A stretch of 64,000 bases of DNA from an uncultured Clostridia bacterium (lineage in GTDB: Bacteria; Bacillota; Clostridia; TANB77; CAG-508), in the NCBI GenBank assembly GCA_947623285.1, contig CANQGP010000004.1:74965-138964 (forward strand), given 5' to 3'. Under the pieces are notes generated by a model that made no database searches, was not told the origin of the DNA, and saw only the letters and a list, made by a program, of their open reading frames with translations. Below are positions 58,830 to 64,000 of the stretch, in pieces. The position numbers were made by a program, and so were the translations under genes. Numbering within the stretch: the stretch's first letter is position 1; every line of letters begins with the position of its first letter.

Positions 58830-59999
58830 CTACCTATACATCATTCCACTATTGGACATTTTTATAACTAGTGTTGTTCCTATTATTATCATTACTGATA
58901 TCGAGCATAATATTGCTAAGAATATTTTAAATATATCCCCCATTTGTTCTAATAAATTTATTATTTTTTCCTCTGCTATTGGTTGACTTACTGCTGATAA
59001 TAATTTATATGAAAGCATTATAACTAATAATTTTATAATTGGAATTATACAAATGCCTACTACTATTATTACTCCTACTATTCCCACTGCATTTTTTAAT
59101 ACTAGTCCACATCCCAATACTGTATCTACTGCATCACCTAATATTTTACCCACTACCGGTATTGCACTACTCACAATTGTTTTTGTTGTTTTTGCTGCAA
59201 TACCATCCACACTACTAGAAAGAGTTCCTTCTAATGATATTATCCCAACAAATATTGTTAAAATAATTCCTAAAAAGCCTATAACTCCTGATTTTAAGAA
59301 GTCACTGATTTTATTTATTTTTATTTGGTCAGATATTTTAGATATTACACATATACTTGTTACCACTAAAACAATTGGAATTATTACTGTTTGTATTATA
59401 TTTCCCAAAAAATTTATTGAAAACAATATTATTGGTTCAAGTACACTGCTTGTTGTGATACTTCCTGTAAATAACATTAAATTTATTAGCAGTGGCACTA
59501 ACATATTCATAAATCCTATTAAATTTGTTGTTGCTTCTTTTACTATACTTACTACATCTGATACATTTGTCATTATTATTGTTACTATTAATATATATTG
59601 AACATAATATATTATTTTTGAAATATTAGAATTTTCAATATTTTCACTGATCGCTTTTAATACACTGTGAATTAATATAATTGTTAAAATACTAACTAGT
59701 GATGTTACTGTTGTTTTTACTTCCTCTCCTAAAAGATTTAATATTTTTTTATAAATGTTTGTATTATCTACTTTTCCTTGAATAGCATTTTCTAGGATTT
59801 TTGAAATATCTATGTCATTAAAAAATTCTCCTGTATATTCTTTTGCATCTTTTAGAAAATCATTTATTCCAAATGTTTCTTGTTGTTCTTCTATTTTTAT
59901 TTGTTGATCTGAATTTATATTTTGTTCTGCATATGTATTTATCCCAATTAACATCAGTAAAACAGTACATACCATTATTATTTTTTTCAGTTTTTTCAT
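58830..59999 (-). CDS. spoIIIAE: Stage III sporulation protein AE
   Basis: Signal peptide and a polytopic membrane protein of about 390 aa, at the expected operon position. Confidence 0.85.
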   Translation of the reverse strand: MKKLKKIIMVCTVLLMLIGINTYAEQNINSDQQIKIEEQQETFGINDFLKDAKEYTGEFFNDIDISKILENAIQGKVDNTNIYKKILNLLGEEVKTTVTSLVSILTIILIHSVLKAISENIENSNISKIIYYVQYILIVTIIMTNVSDVVSIVKEATTNLIGFMNMLVPLLINLMLFTGSITTSSVLEPIILFSINFLGNIIQTVIIPIVLVVTSICVISKISDQIKINKISDFLKSGVIGFLGIILTIFVGIISLEGTLSSSVDGIAAKTTKTIVSSAIPVVGKILGDAVDTVLGCGLVLKNAVGIVGVIIVVGICIIPIIKLLVIMLSYKLLSAVSQPIAEEKIINLLEQMGDIFKIFLAILCSISVMIIIGTTLVIKMSNSGMMYR

Positions 60000-60035
60000 T
60001 AGTTCTCCTTGTATAAAACTCTCTTTTGTTTTTTA

Positions 60036-60425
60036 TTAGTTTGGCAATATATTAATTATAACTTCTAATAACCTTGATATTATAGGAATTGATATTGCTA
60101 TTATTATTATTTTGCTACCTATTTCTACTTTAGTTGCTATTGCTCCTTCACCTGCATCTTGACAGATACTAACTGCAAATTCTGATAAAAATGCAATCCC
60201 TGTTATTTTTAACAATAAGCCTAGATATTGACTATTAATGTTGCTTTTATTTGCTAAGTTTTGAATCAAATTTATTATTCCAGTTAGTTTATCTAATACT
60301 AAAAATAATATTATTGCTCCGGCTATTATGCTTACATATATTGCAAATTCTGGTCTATGTTGTTTTATTATTATTACTATTATTAATGCTATAAAGGCAA
60401 CACCTATTATTTTTATTACTTCCAT
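60036..60425 (-). CDS. spoIIIAD: Stage III sporulation protein AD
   Basis: Conserved LKITGIAFLSEFAVSICQDAGEGAIATKVEIGSKIII motif, as in Bacillus SpoIIIAD. Confidence 0.8.
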   Translation of the reverse strand: MEVIKIIGVAFIALIIVIIIKQHRPEFAIYVSIIAGAIILFLVLDKLTGIINLIQNLANKSNINSQYLGLLLKITGIAFLSEFAVSICQDAGEGAIATKVEIGSKIIIIAISIPIISRLLEVIINILPN

Positions 60426-60439
60426 ATTCTTTTCCTTTT

Positions 60440-60634
60440 TTATAAATTAAATATTGTTCTTACTGTATTAAATAAAGTACTTATTTCTTTTATTACCATT
60501 GTTAAAACAATTATCAAACCTGCAAGTGTTGTCATCATAGCCTGGTCTTCTCTGCCTGCTCTTACTAATACTTGATATAAAACAGCAACTAATATTCCTA
60601 TTGCTGCTATTCTAAACAATAGACTTATATCCAT
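60440..60634 (-). CDS. spoIIIAC: Stage III sporulation protein AC
   Basis: 64-aa protein with two TM segments, similar to SpoIIIAC. Operon position supports the call. Confidence 0.8.
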   Translation of the reverse strand: MDISLLFRIAAIGILVAVLYQVLVRAGREDQAMMTTLAGLIIVLTMVIKEISTLFNTVRTIFNL

Positions 60635-60676
60635 CTTTACCTCCTAAACTTTTCTTGCAGTTTAAATAAATATTAA

Positions 60677-61186
60677 TTAAAATAAAATCACAATTACAGC
60701 TAATCCGATTGTAGGTACAAGTTTTTTATATAATTTTTCATTTTTTTCTCTTTCAATTTCTGCTAAATTTATTTGTTTTTCCAAAAATTGTTCCGTTATC
60801 TCTATTTGACTTATCTGTCCTTCTACATCTGTTTGTCCTAGTAGTTTCGATAACATTTTTAAAATTTGCTTGTCCTCTTTAACTAAATTATTTTCACCAT
60901 GTTCTATTGCTTCTTCCCATGCTAATCCTGCTGATTGTACTTTCATTCTATTATTTGCTTCTTCAAAAATATGTCCTATATTATTTTTTAAAGTATTTGC
61001 TATTTCTAAAAAAATCTCTCCTATTGGCTCATATGTAAATTTTATTTTTGACTTAAACATATTTAATGCATTTTTCATGTCTTTTAATTCGTGTACTCTA
61101 TCTACATATTTTTTAGACATAAGGGTTCCTATTGACAATGATGCAAAAAATAACATTATAAATAATATGTATTTTACTATTTGCAT
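60677..61186 (-). CDS. spoIIIAB: Stage III sporulation protein AB
   Basis: N-terminal TM segment plus a helical domain of about 170 aa, at the expected operon position. Confidence 0.75.
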   Translation of the reverse strand: MQIVKYILFIMLFFASLSIGTLMSKKYVDRVHELKDMKNALNMFKSKIKFTYEPIGEIFLEIANTLKNNIGHIFEEANNRMKVQSAGLAWEEAIEHGENNLVKEDKQILKMLSKLLGQTDVEGQISQIEITEQFLEKQINLAEIEREKNEKLYKKLVPTIGLAVIVILF

Positions 61187-61212
61187 AAACTCCTCTTTTC
61201 TTAAACTATTGT

Positions 61213-61241
61213 ATTATATGCTTGTCTATTTCAATTTATGC
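61213..61241 (-). promoter_or_regulatory. Sigma-E-like promoter directly upstream of spoIIIAB
   Basis: On the minus strand: GCATAAA, a 14-nt spacer, then CATATAAT. Against the Bacillus sigma-E consensus kmATAww-14-CATACAhT, the -35 matches 7/7 and the -10 matches 7/8. Confidence 0.5.
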
Positions 61242-61262
61242 TATATATTTATTTTTTTAATT

Positions 61263-61357
61263 AAAAAAGCTAATATATTAATATTGATAAAGCCAAGACC
61301 CGGATTGTGTCGCCCCAGCTATGTTTTGGCTAGAAATATTAATATATTAGCTTTTTT
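61263..61357. repeat. Structured palindromic element, copy 2 (23-bp perfect arms plus the 49-nt conserved core), shaped like a bidirectional terminator
   Basis: Arms are aaaaaagctaatatattaatatt (61263-61285) and aatattaatatattagctttttt (61335-61357). The core at 61286-61334 matches 32768-32816 at 46 of 49 positions. A6 and T6 runs form the outermost arm positions. Confidence 0.85.
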
Positions 61358-61392
61358 GTATAAATATAATTTCTTTAATGATATTAATCTTT

Positions 61393-62253
61393 CTATAAAA
61401 ATATGATTTTTTCAATCTGCTTATTCTCAACCAATTCATAAATCTCTTTGTTCTTTTCTATATCTGACATATTTTTTCCATGTATTGTAAATATTCCTTT
61501 TACTCCCGAAATCATTGCCTCTTTAATTGCTTCAGCATCCTCTTTTGTTCCTATTTCATCACAAGCTATAACCTGTGGTGACATTGAACGTATTAACATT
61601 TTCATTCCTTTTGATTTGTTTATATTTCCTATAACATCTGTACGTATCCCTACATCGTTTTGCGGAATTCCTCTATATGCTGCTGCTATTTCCCCTCTTT
61701 CATCTACTACTCCACAAGTTTGCCCTGGAAATTCTATTTCTGGTATTCCATTGCTTATTGTTCTTATAATATCTCTTAACAATGTTGTTTTTCCCTTTCC
61801 TGGCGGAGAAACTATTAAAGTGTTATTTATAGTTTTATTTTTTAAATCTAAAATTTGTCCTATTACATTATTACTACACCCTATAATTTCTCTCGCTATT
61901 CTAAAGTTCAAACTGTTTACGTATTTCATATTTATTATTTCATTATTTTCTATAACAACTGTTCCTGATACACCTATTCTATGTCCACCTTTTATTGTTA
62001 AAAATCCTTCACATAACTGTTTTTTATACGCATAAATAGAATTTTCACATAATTTTTCTAATGTTTGCAATACTTCTGTTTGTTCTACTATATAATCTAT
62101 TGGTATATCTGACATTCTTAACCTCAAAATGATAGGATTATTTGAACGTATTCGTATTTCTTGTAATTCATTACTTAATTTACTATTTTGAAAAATTACA
62201 TTTTCAAGTGTTTTATATAAATTATTTGGAAAATATCGTAAAATTTCTTCCAT
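61393..62253 (-). CDS. spoIIIAA: Stage III sporulation protein AA (AAA+ ATPase)
   Basis: Walker A SPPGKGKTTLLRD and Walker B VIACDEIG. It is the first gene of the spoIIIA operon. Confidence 0.85.
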   Translation of the reverse strand: MEEILRYFPNNLYKTLENVIFQNSKLSNELQEIRIRSNNPIILRLRMSDIPIDYIVEQTEVLQTLEKLCENSIYAYKKQLCEGFLTIKGGHRIGVSGTVVIENNEIINMKYVNSLNFRIAREIIGCSNNVIGQILDLKNKTINNTLIVSPPGKGKTTLLRDIIRTISNGIPEIEFPGQTCGVVDERGEIAAAYRGIPQNDVGIRTDVIGNINKSKGMKMLIRSMSPQVIACDEIGTKEDAEAIKEAMISGVKGIFTIHGKNMSDIEKNKEIYELVENKQIEKIIFL

Positions 62254-62333
62254 ATAAACTCCTTATTTTTATAAGTGACCTTGCTACGTATGTATATTAC
62301 TTAATAGCCACACGGATTTAAATAACTTAATAC

Positions 62334-62376
62334 ATCAAAAAAACATACATTATATTTAATGTATGTTTCTTTTTTA
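62334..62376. terminator. Bidirectional intrinsic terminator
   Basis: A 12-bp perfect stem (aaacatacatta / taatgtatgttt) with a 4-nt loop, flanked by an A7 run and a T6 run. Confidence 0.7.
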
Positions 62377-62429
62377 TATTTTAGAACTGTCCTTCTGTAA
62401 TTTTGATTTCATCCTTTGAACATCTTTTA

Positions 62430-64000
62430 TTATTTAGCTACTGTCATTTCATAACGCGTTTGCCCTTCATCTGTCTTATTTATACTTCCTTCTATTGTTT
62501 CTCCATCTTCTGATGTCCATTTTATTTTAATATATGAATCTGTTACCTCAACATCATATGTTCCATTTGATGTATCCACATTTTTTAATCCACTCTCACT
62601 TAAAATCTTTTCTTCATTACCTGGTGTCATTATGTTGTCTCCCGCACCATACATATTAGCCAATAATTCGGCATAACAATAATTAAGCGCTGTATTTATC
62701 CTATCACGTACTTCTTGTCTAACATTTTCTGAAAGCGCAGTTTCTGATGCACTTAAGATTCCTGTTGTTTGACTTTGATTATATAATTCAATAGGCATTG
62801 CAAATGGTATCAATACTGGTATTAAATTTCCATCTTCTCCTATTCCTGCTTGTTCAGACAATTGCTTATTAACTTCCTCTAATCTTTCTCCTACTTGCAT
62901 CATGAAAGATGTTACTTCTTCAATAGAATGGTCTGTTAGCATAAGAGTGTTTTCTTCTGAAAGGTCTTCTATTTCTACACTATCAACAAAATTAACATTA
63001 TTAGTAAGCTCGTAATTGAAAGCTACTGGCATTTCTTCTGGAATATCCATACTCATTACATATTGCTCATTTACATTTTGCATTGTTTTCAATCCAGAAT
63101 ATGAAATACTAAAATCTGCTATATTTATTGCATCTTCTGAGCCTTTTTTTGTGGCAAGTGATAGTTTATATTGAGAATTATCATCATTAACATTTTTTTC
63201 TATAGTTATCTGTACTTGTTCTTCCTGATTTGTTTTAAAATTCAATCCTATCTTATTTAATTTTTTATTTTTCTTATATACTATAATTTCTATAGCTCTC
63301 TCATCATCACTATCTTCGTTTTGTCTACCATTATCTATTATTTTTTGTATATCTTCTCCCATTATTTGGTCTGAATTTTCTTGACTCATTGTTAAACTAT
63401 TAATCTTGTCTAATATTATTTGATCGTCTTTAATTTTTTCTAATATTCCATAATATATATTTTTTATTTCATTTACTGTTAACGTTAATGTGTAACCTGT
63501 TGAATCTATTTCTTCAACCTTGGAAAACTTCTCATTTGGTAATTGTTCATTTATTGCTTCCATATATGTATCTTGTATATGCTTTTTTTCTTCATCTGTA
63601 AAATTCAATTGTGTCATACTTTCCAAATTAATATCCATTCCTAATAAATCACTTACATTACTTAAATCGACTGATATATATTTTGGAGTCAAACAATCTG
63701 ATTGGATTCCATATATACTATTTGTTTGTTTGTATTTTATTGGGAGATTGACTTCTTCAGAATAATTTAGATTTATCTCTTTTTCGTTTTTTGAATTCAT
63801 ATTATCTGTTTTTCCAGAAAACGAAATACCCATATTGTTTAGTTTTTCTATATTTTCCTCGTTAAGCATACTTGATTGTGAATCATCATCTGATGGTATT
63901 AACTCTATTTTATATTCGCCTTGATTTTCATATGGTGCTTCTTGCTTTTTTTCAAAATAATCAAATATTCTCTTATTTATAAAGCCTTCTTTTTCATCTG
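62430..64000 (-). CDS. Large hypothetical protein, 5'-truncated by the window edge
   Basis: The reading frame stays open upstream of the listed Met at 63869 through nt 63998 (...DEKEGFINKRIFDYFEKKQEAPYENQGEYKIELIPSDDDSQSS-MLNEE...). No family motif recognised. Confidence 0.55.
   Translation of the reverse strand, partial: DEKEGFINKRIFDYFEKKQEAPYENQGEYKIELIPSDDDSQSSMLNEENIEKLNNMGISFSGKTDNMNSKNEKEINLNYSEEVNLPIKYKQTNSIYGIQSDCLTPKYISVDLSNVSDLLGMDINLESMTQLNFTDEEKKHIQDTYMEAINEQLPNEKFSKVEEIDSTGYTLTLTVNEIKNIYYGILEKIKDDQIILDKINSLTMSQENSDQIMGEDIQKIIDNGRQNEDSDDERAIEIIVYKKNKKLNKIGLNFKTNQEEQVQITIEKNVNDDNSQYKLSLATKKGSEDAINIADFSISYSGLKTMQNVNEQYVMSMDIPEEMPVAFNYELTNNVNFVDSVEIEDLSEENTLMLTDHSIEEVTSFMMQVGERLEEVNKQLSEQAGIGEDGNLIPVLIPFAMPIELYNQSQTTGILSASETALSENVRQEVRDRINTALNYCYAELLANMYGAGDNIMTPGNEEKILSESGLKNVDTSNGTYDVEVTDSYIKIKWTSEDGETIEGSINKTDEGQTRYEMTVAK

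Noticed and set aside
59053-59601. 182-aa plus-strand ORF antisense to spoIIIAE. Similar long antisense ORFs occur at 61448-62035, 60870-61406, 52653-53234, 25648-26046, 14103-14763 and 617-970.
   Set aside because: All lie entirely inside well-supported minus-strand genes. Their translations are low-complexity and Leu/Ile/Phe/Ser-rich with no SD or motif. This is typical of mirror-frame ORFs opposite strongly biased coding sequence.
62254-62333. A sigma-E promoter upstream of spoIIIAA.
   Set aside because: Only a CATACGTA -10-like string is present. No kmATAww box lies at a 13-15 nt spacing, so this is not good enough to call.
1-64000. tRNA or rRNA genes, CRISPR arrays, IS elements or transposases, integrases, prophage genes, known defence systems, reverse transcriptases and toxin-antitoxin pairs.
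   Set aside because: None of the intergenic regions longer than 100 nt contains a cloverleaf-like or rRNA-like sequence. No ORF shows DDE, tyrosine-recombinase, serine-recombinase, RT or defence-type motifs. The window reads as core chromosome, apart from the two surface-protein genes.

Overview
This is a very AT-rich segment (about 25-30% GC by eye) of the core chromosome of an endospore-forming, Clostridia-like Firmicute. It uses the standard bacterial genetic code: TGA serves as a stop, for example in the ATGA overlap at 35425-35428. I support about 55 protein-coding genes, more than 85% of them on the minus strand.

Main gene blocks:
- Surface processing: a SipW-type signal peptidase, an MFS transporter and a sortase.
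- galE-cysS downstream of a class A PBP.
- The complete rimP-nusA-ylxR-ylxQ-infB-rbfA-nrnA-truB block.
- A processive GT2 synthase, spoIIP and glmM.
- A T-box(Ile)-controlled ileS operon, then sleB and holA.
- A tightly coupled run of pilin-like gene, murB, yvcK, glycogen-debranching enzyme and ruvC.
- ylbJ, rqcH, addA and pfkA.
- Two large surface proteins.
- The full spoIIIAA-AH operon.

I saw no tRNA, rRNA, CRISPR array, transposase, integrase or recognisable defence gene.

Most unusual observations:
1. A structured palindromic element I cannot assign to any family occurs twice (32747-32837 and 61263-61357). Each copy has a nearly identical 49-nt core held in a perfect 21-23 bp stem, and the arm sequences differ between copies but stay complementary. 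One copy splits the spoIIIA operon and is followed by a sigma-E-like promoter.
2. A wall-anchored protein with a cohesin-like N-terminal module sits next to a 2060-aa dockerin-bearing M60-like metalloprotease.
3. addA carries four low-complexity insertions and has no adjacent addB.
4. The Ile T-box sits in front of a DUF2207-like membrane gene that is translationally coupled to ileS.
5. Two orphan pilin-like genes lack Glu5, and one is fused by a TAATG overlap to murB.

All functional calls come from motifs read in the translations. No database search was run.
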